NCBI GenBank assembly: GCA_973895155.1
Contig: OZ316896.1
Span: forward strand, 18,340,754-18,404,753
From: Marsupella aquatica
Lineage: Eukaryota; Plantae; Marchantiophyta
Reading direction: 5' to 3'
DNA: 64,000 bases
The position numbers and the translations under genes were made by a program. Under the pieces are notes generated by a model. The model was not told where the DNA came from and searched no databases. It saw nothing but the letters and a program-made list of their open reading frames with translations. Shown in pieces: positions 39,401 through 52,900 of this stretch (its first letter is position 1; each line of letters starts with the position of its first letter).

Positions 39401-40400
39401 TACTTAAGGCATGATGCACCTTGGGGAAATCACTCCCAAGTCATACAACTTTGGAGTGATTTGCCAAAAGTGTCACCATGGATGCATACCACCATATCCA
39501 AGCGCAAATGGAGCCATTTTTTGTCTCTCCAAGAAGTAGCGCAACACCAATGGAAGGTTGTCATCTTGTGATGTAATTGTGTCATGTTTGTGCCGGTGTT
39601 TGGATGGGGAATACTCCATTTTGCATATGAATAGTGTCGGGGCATTGTGAGTAGGTGTTGTAATCTTCATTGGGTCATTTTGGAGGAATAGTGTGTCATT
39701 AATGCCAAAGACTGCAGTAAGGGTCATTTTGGCAGTCCTTTTGGAAGTCATTTGTGCCAAATGACTCCATATGGGGTCATTATAGAGGTCCCTCATGGTG
39801 TCATTACGGACCATCAGAAATGACCCTTTTGGGTCTAGGAGCTTAAGGTGGCCCTAGTGTGCCATGGGGCTCTACATGAAGGTGGCAACCTCTCCACAAG
39901 GTGCGGGGTACTATACCCACTATTCTCCAACCACTAGTTGCACCATGAGCACTTTGGAGCCATGTTTTTGCAATTACTTAAGGGATGATGCAACCTTGGG
40001 GAAATCACTCCCAAGTCATACAACTTTGGAGTGATTTGCCAAAAGTGTCACCATGCATGCATACCATCCTAAGGCATGCATACAAAAATTGTTTTTGTCT
40101 CTCCAAGAGGTATATAGTGCAATACTAGTGGAAGACTATGTCCTTCTATATAACTATGTCATGTTTGTGCCGATATTTGGATTTTGGATATATTCTATTA
40201 AATTCCAAAGGAATTGTAAAGGGGCACTCCGAGAGGTAGTATACTCTTCATTGGGTCATTTTCACATAATGTGTGTCATTAATGTCAATGACTACAATAA
40301 GGGTCATTTTGGTAGTCAGTTGGAGGTCATTTGGAGCAATTGACTGCATATGTGGTCATTAGAGAGGTCCCTCATGGTGTGTCATTAATGAAAACACCTC
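36410..40400. repeat. Internal tandem array of ~561-578-bp units (about 7), each with a 36-bp palindrome
   Basis: aaatcactcccaagtcgtacgactttggagtgattt (or close variants) begins at 37135, 37713, 38291, 38866, 39427 and 40002 (spacings 578, 578, 575, 561, 575), with a partial copy near 36410. Confidence 0.95.
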
Positions 40401-43400
40401 AAATTAGGGTAATCTTGGTTGTCATACTAGAGGTCAGAAGTACCAAATGACTGGAAATGTGGTCTTTACAAAGGCTATTGGGGGGTTCTCTTTGGAGGTA
40501 CAAGGGAGTTCATTGGATCATTTGTGAATTAAATGGTGCTTCAATCTGAGGACTAAACGTGGGGTCACTCACGCTGTCATATTGGAAGCCATTAATGTTG
40601 GCATATTGGAGGTCATATAGTCATGGGAAGGCTCACTTGTTAATGCTTTGGTGTAATGCTCTCAAAAACTCTTAGACAACATAGCCTCATATGTAGTCTT
40701 CCCTTGGTCCAAAAGGACCTTTTATATCGCGGGCATGATTTTTTATATATAACATTGGTCCTTAACATTCTTGTTGGCACCTACACAAACAGCCATGACC
40801 TTATGGGGGGGTTGCGACATTATAAGTTATTAACCTTGCCTTCCCTACTTAGGACCTTATGGGGGCGTCCGGACCTTGTTATTACCCTATATAGTCGGTA
40901 TTTCCCTAGGGCCTTATGGGGGCGAGGGGGGGGGGTGGTTTACATTGTTATTAATCTAGTCTCAACTTCCCTAGGGCCTTATGGGGGGTCCAGACATATG
41001 AGAGATTGTCAGAATAGAACCTAATTCATGACCCACGTACAATATCCACCATCCCCATCTGGAGAAATACCTTACTTTTACGGGGTTTAGGCATCCAGCT
41101 TTAGGTTTTTCCTCCTCAAGTGTTCTCGCGTACCAACAGGAGCCCTTTTTCCTGAAAAAACATCGACGGAGAGGGCAATGCTCGATGTGCTCTTTTCTTG
41201 GCATGCCTTGTGTGCACATTGCAAGGGCTTAGGGTTGCGCAGCGTTGTGCATTGCCTCCACCAAGCTTCGACACTCTTCCGAGCACATTTGCTAGACTAG
41301 CACAGGGTGGAGTTGCGGGAGGGGAGGAGCTGCAACACTCTTCCGCGCACAGGTTGGAGTTGCCCCAGGAGCACAGGTTGGAGTTGCGGGAGGGGAGGAG
41401 TTGCGTGAGGTTGGAGGTGCGGAAGGGAAGAGCTGCAGAAGGAAGAGCCGGACACAATCAGAAACAGTCGAGCGACAAGCTGCGGGTCACGAGCTGTGGG
41501 TGAGGAGCTACGATCGACAACAAGCTGCGCAAGGTGGATGCGGAAGGCATTTGCGCACTGGGGCCCCGATCATCATGGAAGGCGATTGCTATGGAAGCTC
41601 GTGGAGGCAGTGAAAGCAGGGAGGAAATGATTCTTGCTGCGGAAGGTCGACGATAGCTTCTTGAAGAGGTTGTGGAGTTTGCGGAAGGGAGCCGGTTGTT
41701 TGTTTGGTCTCAACATTTGTTTCTTTAAGTGGGTGCGAGCTGCTTGCGGAAGGGGAGAGGTGACCTGATTGCGGACGGGGAGAAGGCAAGCTGCTTGCGG
41801 AAGGGGAGAGGTCGAGCAGCTGCTTGCGAAAGGGGAGAGGGCGACTCATTGCGGAAGCTGAGAGTGCAAGCTACTTGCGGAAGGCAGCAGAGCACAAGCT
41901 GCTACCTGCAAGTTGAGGCCTGCTAGCTTCCGCCTCAAAGGTATTGACCTTATTCCCATTGGCGCCCATGCTGTGATTTGCCTGGTTGCTCTGTGCTCTC
42001 CACTTCCGGCTCCACCCCAGCCTGGGACCTGCAATGTGTTGTGTTGGGACCTGTGTTGCTGTGTGTCAAAGCTCTCTGCTTATGTTTTTTCTCTATCTAT
42101 CCCTCTCCATTCGCTACATGTTCTCTGATCTTCTATTCTATTGCCATTTACTACTTGTTCTTTGAGTTTGCTGAGTTTGGTTGTCCACCTTCTCGCCCTC
42201 TGTAGCCTTGAGAGGATTGCTCAATTTGTATGTGACCGCTCCTGTTGCATGCACTTATCTGCACTTACTTTTCAGACAATTTCTACTTTAAAGGACGTCT
42301 CTCTTTATTGTATATATCTCTCCTTTTCCATTTAAGACGGAACTGTCTCCACTACTGCTAGTCTCCCGGTTGAGCTTCTTTATTGCCCATTACAATCTAT
42401 ATCAATTTTTTTCCCACTCAGGTTCTCTGATCTTCAATTCTATTGCCATTTGCTACATGTTCTTTGAGTTTGTTGAGTTTGGTTGTCCACCTTCTCGCCC
42501 TCTATAGCCTTTGCATCACAAGTGCCTGCATTTCCTTCCCTGTCCCATGCTAGCTCCACTGCGGCCTTCCACTGCTATCTATGTTGATTCCTTCCACTGC
42601 TACAAAATTCTGCTTTGCAATGCCATCCCAATGCTCATATGTCCCAGTAAAATTCGGGTAGACATAAGTATTAGGCGCAGAGTCTTCTCTCTCTGCTTGC
42701 CCAAGATCAGGGTTTACTGGTTCTAATTGCTAATTCAGTCCCCATTTAGAATGACCTAAGAAATTTAACTATCTTCGAGCTTTATTGTTTGTTTTGGCAA
42801 AATCTTCCCTTGCGGCCAGCAGCTGAGGCAGCATCCACGATGTCCGATACATTTTTCAAGACATAGGTAAGCTGGCTGGGGAATGCCTTTCTCCTCAATC
42901 TCAAGAGATGATTTTTCTGGAGTCTGCTCACGTATTGCTCTTGCTTGTCCAGAACTTGAACGGCTATTTACCACAACTAAATCAAGTGCCCGAGTTCTGA
43001 CCGAGTTGTCCTCTGTCTCTCTGCTGTTGATTTCTGATTGCTACTTGTTGGATTTGTCTGCTATGTTCAGTTCAGTTTGTTGTCTTGTTGTCGTCTGGCA
43101 ATTATTGCCAATTATTCTGACTGCGTGAAAGGCTGTTCTATTTAGTGCTGCCTAATTGAACATAAAAATATGCTATTAAGTTGATTGAGTTAGGCAAATC
43201 AGGATGCCATACCCTTGTGTTCAAAATTCTATATCTGGCAGTGTTTGTTGTGTTTGTTGTGTTCAAAATTCTATTGGCAGTGTCAACCTAGAAAGATAAC
43301 CTGATGTATCGCCAACCTTTTCAGTGTGCTGCCAAAGTCCCTGTAGATGCCACTCCTTCTCTGTTTTAAATGAGTAAACTCCTTTCCTCCATATTGAAAT

Positions 43401-44624
43401 GTCATCCTGGACCTAAGCTGCGAGGAACTGCGAGGTGAGTCGTGACAATCTTTGTGGTGCAAGGTGAGCTTGATCTCTTATTATTACAATGTAGTCCTTA
43501 GTTTTCCATTGTATGATGTTTTCCTTAGTCTGTCTATGTTCCTCAATGAAAATTTGGTTTCCTTACTCTTCTTTTGACATCCCTCTGTATCATAGCCTTT
43601 TCTTTTCTCTTTTTTTTACTGAAGAGAAGTGCAGGCATGTATGGTGAATCCTCACTTGATTCCAGCAGCGACTCTGTAGAATTTTGTCGCCAAAAAGTTT
43701 CAAAGTTTTGTGTGTGGTTTGCCAACTGCTGTGCCACCTCAGAGAATTCCTTAGTGGCTTTTGTACAAGCCTTGCTCTTCAACTATGGTAATTTACAGCT
43801 AATTGTCTGATGTTCACACAACATCCATACACAGCAATGAATACAACTCCATGAATACAGCCACATGATTTCCTTTGGTCTGCAAACTGGACGAAACTAA
43901 ACTAAACTCAGCTTGGTCAATTTTAAATTCTTCGTAAGGGTCTCTGACAGCAGCCCGGTATAGTCATTTGTGCACGAAGATAGAGTACGGTGCAGCTTTT
44001 GAAAAAGTGGGTGGACCAGCAGCTTGTTGAGAGTAAAGCAACTTATGGTTCTATAACAGATGTGTGCAGTAGCTTAAGATGTAGAAGGCACACAATAAAA
44101 CTTGATTTTTACAGATTTAAAAAAGGGCAGGGTGAGTGAGCACTGCATGTTGAACTCACAGGTCCGAATCTTGATTTGATTTCACTGCTAAAATTCGTAT
44201 CTCTTGCCTGAGTCCCAGTTTGCTGGAGTTTTGTTGCTCTTTGTGCTTTGTTGTGCACATTGTTGTGTTTGCTTTGTCCATTTTAAAACTTGAGAGCCAA
44301 ATGAATGCTTTGCTGAAACTCAATTGCTATTTGTTCTGTGTTGCCCTTACAGATTTTAAAAAGGCAGGGTGAGTGAGCACTGCTGTACAGCAAGCGAAGG
44401 CATACAGGTTGCAATATTTGTGATTGCTTCCAATCATAGGCCAAGGTTATTTGCGCTGCTCAGTCCTAAATGCTTTGCCATCTATAAAGCATTGGTTTAT
44501 GCTGCACCCTTGTGGTTACATGTCATATTTTATGCTGCACCCTCATTCTTTTGTGTCATGCTGCACCCTGTTATATATTCCTTCTTGTTTCACAATCTGA
44601 TGTAGGGTCTGAGTGTGCAGGACC

Positions 44625-45279
44625 ATGGCTCGCAATAAGCAGAAGGCCATGAATCGTTGCAGAGGTGAATCCTCTCAAGCACCTCAATTGTCCTTATATT
44701 CAGACATTGAGATTAACCAGAATAGTCCACATGTATGTGCGATTTGTGATGAGGGATCTCATTGTTTGTGATGGGCCTTGCCACCGACATTTCCATAAGA
44801 ATGTTTCCTGTCCTTTGGGTCAACAATGGCTATGCCCAACTATATCCCTCGCTGATGGCCATGTTGGAGAATGGCTTTGTGTTGATTGCAAGAATGAGGA
44901 ACATTCTTGCTTTAAGTGCCATGTGTCTGGAAAAATTGGTGAAGAGGTAAGAAAATGTCCAGACTCTCTCTGTGCCCGGTTTTACTGTCGGCAGTGTTTG
45001 GTTCCTGGCACAGCATCATGTGGACTCCATATTTGTCTTACTTGTGGACAGGGGCCCAATGATGGGGCTAATGGCTTTTTGGTTCAGTGCATGAGGTGTC
45101 CTAAGGCATGGCACAAGGACTGCCTGCTGTTTATCCAACAGAGGGGATTTGCCCATGATCGAACAATTTGGGATCACTCAGCGCATGGGCAGCCCAAGAA
45201 GGGGATGTTTTACTGTCCTGACCATGACATTGACCCTACACTAGGCACTCCTACTAGGAGCCACATATCTTGGATTTGA
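44625..45279 (+). CDS. Stand-alone EDM2/NSD-like multi-PHD finger protein inside the CACTA element (frameshift in the G-run at ~44753-44755)
   Basis: The ATG at 44625 (accATGg) reads MARNKQK...HVCAICDEG, then shifts into DLIVCDGPCHRHFH...WLCVDCKNEEHSCFKC...CPDSLCARFYC...CGLHICLTC...CMRCPKAWHKDCL...MFYCPDHDIDPTLGTPTRSHISW. Confidence 0.85.
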
Positions 45280-45879
45280 TTGAGGCTGGATGGAACACAA
45301 ACTTGAGATAGAGCTTTTTGATGGTTTCACGTGGACTTAAACAATTTTCAGAGTGCTAAAACATGTGGACTATTTATATGCAGTTTGATGAACTCCTCAT
45401 GTATACACACTCTACGACAGTGCATTGCGGATTGAGGCAATTAATTTTGAGAAATCAACTTTATTATCTTTTCCAGGGTAGGATTCCGATTTTGAAGCAT
45501 GTGCTTTGAGTGTGACTTTCCTCCATATTGATGTCTAAACTTCACTTGTAAATTTGTCACTGGTGTCACAAACGTTACTTATTCCAGACCTGTCTACTCA
45601 CATTCCTAATAGGCAAACAAATACTGGAAATGATGAAGGCACAGAGATTTACGTTCATAGTATCATTCTGATGACACTGTATGTGATGCTCTATTTGTAT
45701 GCAAGAAGGAGAAGGTGCCCTACTATAGTGGATTTGAGAAACTGGGCTCTGTGGGTTTGAGCAATTGGACTGTGGTTGGCATCGGTTGTACAACTGTGAC
45801 GGTAGGCCCAATTTTGTATGCATGTCACTCTGATTCAGTTTGAAAATCATAGTTTGAATACAATTTCAATCAAGCTAGC

Positions 45880-48800
45880 ATGGCACAATTGCCACAGAAT
45901 ATGTTAGGTGTGGGTAGAACTCCAAAGTTGCCGCTCTTCCATCCAGCTAGAGTACAACATCGTGATGATGCTTTGTGGGTTCGAGAACAGAAGGCCTGCC
46001 ACAAGAGTGGGGACCATAAGATGTACTGCCCTTGTGTGAACTGCAAAGGGAATTATAGGACTAATCGGAATACTGCTAGACTGCACCTTATTAAACATGG
46101 TCGGTACCCTGCATGTCGAGTGTGGGTGGGAGAGGGACAGGACTCTTCTGATGAAGAGTGGGGTGCTGACTACATGTCACAACATGGCCCTGAGGCATTG
46201 AGGGTAGCAAACCTTCAGCAGGCAACCTGTGCACAACAGCCAACTGTAGATGTTGAAGAACATTTATTTGTAGATGTTCCAGAGTATCCAACTGTGGATG
46301 TTCAAGAACATCCAACTATAGATGTCGAAGAACATATCAGGGCTCTACTGGAAGAAACGTTGCTGAGAACCAATGAAGAATCCCCTGAGCATGAGCTAGA
46401 TGATCAGGACCGTTTTGACTTGGATTTTGTACTTGGGGATGATGAGAGTGAAGGAGGTGCCCATCCTGTAAACCCCCTTGAAACCTCCAAAACTCTTGTG
46501 GAGACTGATCCTGCACAGTTATCTTTAGATGCAGCAATGCAACCTTTGTTCCCAGGCAGCAAAATAGATGTTGTGTCATTCATGTTGCTTCTGCTGAACA
46601 TCTGTCATGGCCATGGATTCTCAAACAAAGGAGTGAATGCAATGTTGTCTTTGATGGGGGAGCATGGTATGCCTACAGAGCATAATCTGCCCAAGAACTT
46701 ATATGCTGCAAAGCAGTTATTGAGAAAGCTTGGCTTGGATTATGAGAGAATCCCTGTCTGTGAGAAAGGTTGTATGCTCTTTAGGGGTGAGAATGCCAAG
46801 TTAGAAAACTGTTCAGTGTGTCAGCAGCCCAAGATGAAGAGAGTGGGGAATTCATTACAGGCAAGGAAGGTAGTGCGGTATTTCCCTATAATTCCCAGGT
46901 TGAAGAGATTGTATGCCACTGCTGGTACATCTAAACTCATGACTTGGCATCATGAGAATAGAAGCACAGACAACATGGTTCGGCACGCAGCAGATTCAAA
47001 GGCTTGGAAGCATGTGGATACAAATATTGATCGGGAATTTGCAGCTGAACCAAGGAATGTGCGATTTGGGTTGGCACTTGATGGGGTGAATCCCTTTGGG
47101 AATAATTCCACAGCTTGGTCTACCTGGCCAATACTGTTGTTGAATTACAATTTACCTCCTTGGCTTACCACCAAGAAGTTCTTTGTCATGCTAGCTATGC
47201 TGATTCCAGGACCTGATTCAGTAACAGAGGAACAGCTAGACATAATATTGGGCCCATTCTATGAGGAGTTGGAGCTGTTGTGGAAGAAAGGAGTGCCCTG
47301 CTTTGACAAATTGCCACGCCCAGGATTGTCTCAACACTTCAACCTTAGGGCTGTGCTATTGTGGACAATCAATGATTACCCTGCATATGGTTTAATATCT
47401 GGACAACAACACTCTGGATACAAAGGATGTGTCATCTGTGGGCCAGAATGTGTGGCACGTGGTTCTAAGCACTTGCAGAAATTAGAGTACAGTGGCCACC
47501 GTCGATGGTTAGCAGCAAGGCATCTTTTTCGTAGACCAGATAGTGCACAATACTTTGATGGTGCAATTGAGAGTCGACCTGCACCGTGTAGAATGACAAG
47601 CTCTGATAGAAAGAAGTGGGGAGACGAGACAACAGAATATTTGAAGAAGGGAGGAACCAAGGTTGAGGATGAGAAATGCCCCATAAAGGTGCATGGAGTG
47701 AAGAGGGCTACTGGTCTGTACAAGTTGCCCTATTGGAATGTAAGACTCCATACTACTACAATGAATTTCTGCAATCTCTTCATATGACTTTGAAATATAT
47801 TCTCTTCATATACTTCCTGTAGCCCAGATTTTGTAATTGTTGTATTCAATGCACTAATTTCTGAATTGTGTCCACTGCACAAACTACTGCCCAGTGATGC
47901 CAAAAGTTGTATTCAATGCCCTAATTTCTGAATTGTGTGTCCACTGCAGAAACTACTCATTAACCATTGTCTAGATCCCATGCACTGTGAGAAGAATCTT
48001 GCACACAACATTGTGCACACTATCATTGGGACCAAGGACACTCCTTCTGTGAGAGAAGACATGAAGCTCTTACAGGTGCGCCAACACCTATGGCTTGTAC
48101 CCAATCCAGCTCCCAAGCGTAAGGATGACAAATTGTTGATGCCCCCAGCCCCATATTGCCTGAGCAAGAAGGAAAGAACAAGGTTCTTGGAGGTTTTATT
48201 GACCTTGAAAGGGCCCACTGGTTTTTCAAGTTCTTTGGCAAAGTGTGTTACAAAATCCAAGAAACTCTCTGGGTTGAAATCACATGATTTCCACCAACTC
48301 ATGCAACAGATTCTCCCTCTGGCAACAATGGGATTACTTGATGAAGGGGTTCGCTTGGCCATAGCTGGGGTGAGCAATATCTATCGCCAGATCTGTACGA
48401 AGGTGTGGGACCCTTCAATGTATGAGAATTTGATGATGGATGTTGCATTCACTCTCTGCATTTTGGAAATCCATTTTCCACCAAGCTTCTTTGATGTCAT
48501 GACCCATTTAATGATTCACCTAGTGGAGGAATTAGACTTGTGTGGCCCAGTTACAGGCAGATGGATGTACCCAATAGAGAGGAACCTGAAGGTATTGAAG
48601 GGTTATGTACGAAACAAGGCACGTCCAGAGGCTTCTATGGCTGAAGGCTATGTATTAGATGAGTCTTTGGGATTTCTTTCTGAATACATGATTGATGCAA
48701 AGGGAGAGGGAAAACGAACCTGGGAGTTGGAGGAGGATGCTGGCGTTGCAGGCATTGTTTTGGAAGGGGCTGCAAAGGCGATAACTTTGGATTGGTCTGA

Positions 48801-49848
48801 AATGATGGTCATGCATCATTATATATTAGAGAATGAAGAGACAGTGGCTCCATGGTATAGGTACATAAACCTAGAAACTCTCCTATCCTTAGGCATATGG
48901 ATCATAATTATGTTTCCCCATTGTGTTTGTATATTCATGGTGGATCGTGCACTAATGTCTTCAGTGTTGTTGTTGCCATGCAGGATATATGATGCTACCA
49001 ATGAGACTGTTACCAAACGAAGAGTGGATTTCCGGAAGGAGTGGATGAGGAAGCCTGCCAATCGAAGAAAACCAGTGGAATTTCCCGTAGACTGCCAAGA
49101 ATTGCCACCTTTCAGGGAATGGTTTCAAACATTAGTCAATACCCATAATTTTGAGAAAGAGTCTGAGCGGTCATTACTATCTGCATACTCCACACCACCT
49201 AGTTTGAAGGCACGACTGTATAGGGCATGTAGAGCCTATGGGCACCATTGGAGGACTATTCCATCCTTGGGGTGTTTGAGTGATTGTGATTCTGGTGCTT
49301 TCAGCACTTTTGATTCTGGGATGGCTTCTACATTCACTGAGAAGCGAGTGGACAGGTCTGGTGCAACCATAGAAGAATCTGTACAGTATGTAGGGGCCTT
49401 GACAGATATCTTGGTACTGAATTATGGCAGCTTGAGGAAAGAGGTGATTCTTTTCAAAGGGAAATGGGCAGATCCATCATGGACTCCTAAATCCTCTGCC
49501 AGTATGAGGTATACCAAGTCTGGTCTTTGGCAGGTGAATTTCCATAGAGAACTGGGTGTGTCCAAGAAAATGGATTACGTTTTCCCAAAGCAAGTGGAGC
49601 AGGTTTTCTTCCACCCCAATGAGAAGGGGATAGCATGGAGAACAATCCTCCACAAAGAATCCAGGTCCACAAGGGTGTTAGGTGATTACACAGACGTTGA
49701 TTTCCATGCTACAATGGAAAACAATGCCAAATTACACATCGAATTGGCTAAGGCCTGTAGGTCCAGAGAAAATCCAGGACCAAGTACTGGTCCCAAACGA
49801 GGCAGAGATGCAGAGGGATCTGCAAGAAAGGGCAGGCCTAAGCAGTGA
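45880..49848 (+). CDS. CACTA TnpD/Tnp2 transposase. Exons 45880-47739, 47950-48860, 48984-49848
   Basis: YCPCVNC..HLIKHG, C-x2-GC..C-x2-C, YFPIIPRLKRLY, HAADSKAW, LALDGVNPF, TINDYPAY, LDPMHCEKN, GLKSHDFH, HLMIHL, WMYPIER, QVEQVFF. Phase-compatible GT-AG introns and no internal stops. Confidence 0.95.
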
Positions 49849-49946
49849 ATAGGTTTTAGCTAGGTGTGTGAAGTCCATAGATGGACTACATGTATGGACT
49901 ATTTATGAAATCAGACTAATGGTTTACCCATTTGTGCAGTTGGTGA

Positions 49947-52900
49947 ATGCAGCCTGTGAAAGGAAGATTGCAAGGGTTGTCACATTCTGTGAATCCTTAT
50001 GAGGAGGCCCGAAATCGGAACATAGAGCATAATGTCAGAATTATGCGTGATCTAGGACTGGGGCCAAACTGCAAGCTGATGTGTGTGTTGATATGTCTAT
50101 TGCAAATTTGATTCAGTAGATGGAGTTGTCAGGTTCATGTTCTGTTTTCATATTCCAGATTGGTCTCATACTAGTATGGATCCTGTACATAAGTACTAGT
50201 GTTACGGTGTTGTAGATTCATTTTGCATGTATGTTTGATCTGCATTGGTGTATGTTGATGATTGCTTTGTTCCTTAGAGGCCCAACCACACATGTACAAC
50301 GAGAGAGAGGAAAGCCTGCTTTGGTGAAAGGTACTTCAACTGAAACATTGCCAAAGAGGAGGAGCTCTAGACTATCAGAAGTTACCAAGGTGAACATGGC
50401 AGAGTTTGGTGATGATGGCTATGGTTCTCCTTCTGAGTATGACACTGAGGATTCTGACATTGGAGGGTCAGAACCAGAGAGTGCACAACAGGTAATGCTT
50501 GAACTTCATCATCCTAATAGGAAGGGATCCTTGTCCCTTTTTCAAATTATATGTTGATATGCTTACGTTGTCCATGATGTAGGTACAAAAACAAAATCGT
50601 GGTCCTAAGAAGACTGGGCCTGGTGGAGGTGGGCTAGTGAGATGTTGGAAAGACCCAGACACTGGACTCTTATATGAAAGTGAGTGGATTGTACTGTTCT
50701 ACTTTTCAGGTGTGTTTGGAAGTTGATATTCTACTTGGAAATGAAATTAATTGAAGTGCTTTGGTGTTGTGTGTTTGTTTAGTGGTTCCATCAGCATCTG
50801 AAGGCAGATCAGGTCAATCTGATGTACTACATTCCAGAGGATCTTCAGGTAATACACAATCTGCTCGTCATGCATATGCAAGTACATTTGCTCAACTTTT
50901 CAATCATGTACATATTTTTTGATTGAATGCATGTGTGAGCATTGCAGGAGGGGCCTCTGAGATGCGCAGGGAACGAAGGCATGCTAAGAAGCAGTTTGAT
51001 AATACTGCCAAACAACGAAGGGATTGCGGAGAGGTGCCCAAACACATTAAAGTGAGTATTGTACTTGTTTGTAGATTAAGACAAATCTGATCCTCTCTGT
51101 TGTTGTGTGTATAAAACCTGGACTCTGCATAAATTCCAGAGTTATGATCTGACATTGTCTGTGAAATGCAGATTTATGACAATGATATTGATGATTCTGA
51201 TGGCAACAAACAATACTGGCTGGAGGAACTTCGTGGCAACGTACTCAGAGTCTTTGATGTATCAAAGCCAAAATGGACTGATCATCCACAAGTTCATACA
51301 ACCACAGTGTGGAATAACATGGCAGCTGAGTGGGAGTATGTGGGTGGGGAATTTATTAACACCAAATTCCAGAGTCATTGTCGTGGCATATTGAAGAGAG
51401 AGCGCCATAAAATGCATGTTTATTGGAAGAAAGTTTGCAATGAGGATCCAACCAAACTTGGGCCATCTGGTGTTGATCCAAAGAAATGGGCAGCTTTGGT
51501 ATCTCATTTTACCAGTCCAGCATTGATATCTTTGAGTAAACAGATGACTGATAAAAGAGCACGAGTGCAAGATACCTCTCACTTTGGAAGGGGAGGGCAT
51601 GCTGCAGCAGCAAAGAGAATGGTAAATTGTCTATCATTTTCACTATCAATTCTGTCTTGTTTGTGAATCTTGATGAAAACAAACTCTGTGATTTCTCATT
51701 CATTGTGTGTTTGAACAGAAGCAGAAGAGAGGATCAAGCCCAGGTATATCTGACCTGAAAGAAAACCATGGTAGTCAGGGTTCATTGCCAAAGGTGACAA
51801 TGAGCCCATCATTGGCAAGTGCAGAAGGTCAGACTGGTAGTTTTGTGGGAGCAAAGGTGAGCCCATCATTGGCAAGTGGGGAGGGTAAAAGTGCTAGCTT
51901 ACTGGGGCAAGGAAACAGACATGGATCAGCTGTGAGTATTGTCATACCAATTTGATTTGTACATCATTCTCCATTTGACAGAGCCAGTTTTGTGTCGTTT
52001 GTAAGTTTGACAGTGAGACTGTTGTGTTGGTTTGTGGTTCATTTACAGACCCCACATTCAAAAGAAGAGATCACTGCCATTGGGGCTGTGAAATTGGATG
52101 TCGCTGAGTTGAAAGGCACTGTGAGGGAGTTGACAAACATGATGACTATGTGGATGGCACATCACCCCAGTAATGCACAAGTTCCAACAGTTGTGCCTAG
52201 TCACAGTAAGTTGACTACAACTACCAAACAAGGTAGTAGAAAGCGATCTCTTACTTTTTCAGGCGATAATGAAGGTAAAATTCTCTATCATGTATACACT
52301 GTCCATTCAATGTAATTATTGTGATGTGTATATGTCATTGCATGTTTATAATGTTCTTGCATGTTTTTAGTGTGATTATATGTTGCTGGTGTATACATGT
52401 TTGTTTATGCATTTCTTTTGTGTGTGTTTTATGACAGCATCTTTAGGGGAGCCTCCTGTGTCGCAGGGAAGACCAACTGACACAGCTAACAGTACTCTAA
52501 AGCAAACTGAATTGGAAGTGAACCTTTTGCCATCTAAGTTGCCCAAAGAAGCCATTTCAGATGTCTTTCAGTTGCCAGAGGATAAGTCGACTCAGTTGAC
52601 ACCAGATGTAACCCCAGAATCATCTGAGTTGCCAAAAGAAACTCCCATTCCAAGTGAACAGGATGACACTCCATCAACTAGAAAGGGAAAGAAGAAAAGG
52701 AAGAAAGGATCCTCAGCAAATGCATCACCTGCACAGAAGAAACCAATGCAGTCTCCTAACCCCGTTGCAAAGGTAAATGTGTGTTTGATTTGAGTGTTCT
52801 TCTATCTTTCAATTTTTGTTTATTGCATTTTTAACAAAATGTGTTGTTCACAGTTTGCAAGAGGAGATTTGGTGAAGATGAAGAGCGTTGTGGACAATTC

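Noticed and set aside
36412-40343. Recurrent 60-170-aa ORFs in the 578-bp array
   Set aside because: They are by-products of the tandem repeat: frames and stops differ between units and no protein motif is recognisable.
48861-48983. Hydrophobic segment in TnpD suggesting a membrane helix
   Set aside because: It is a 123-nt in-frame GT-AG intron read through by the ORF finder.
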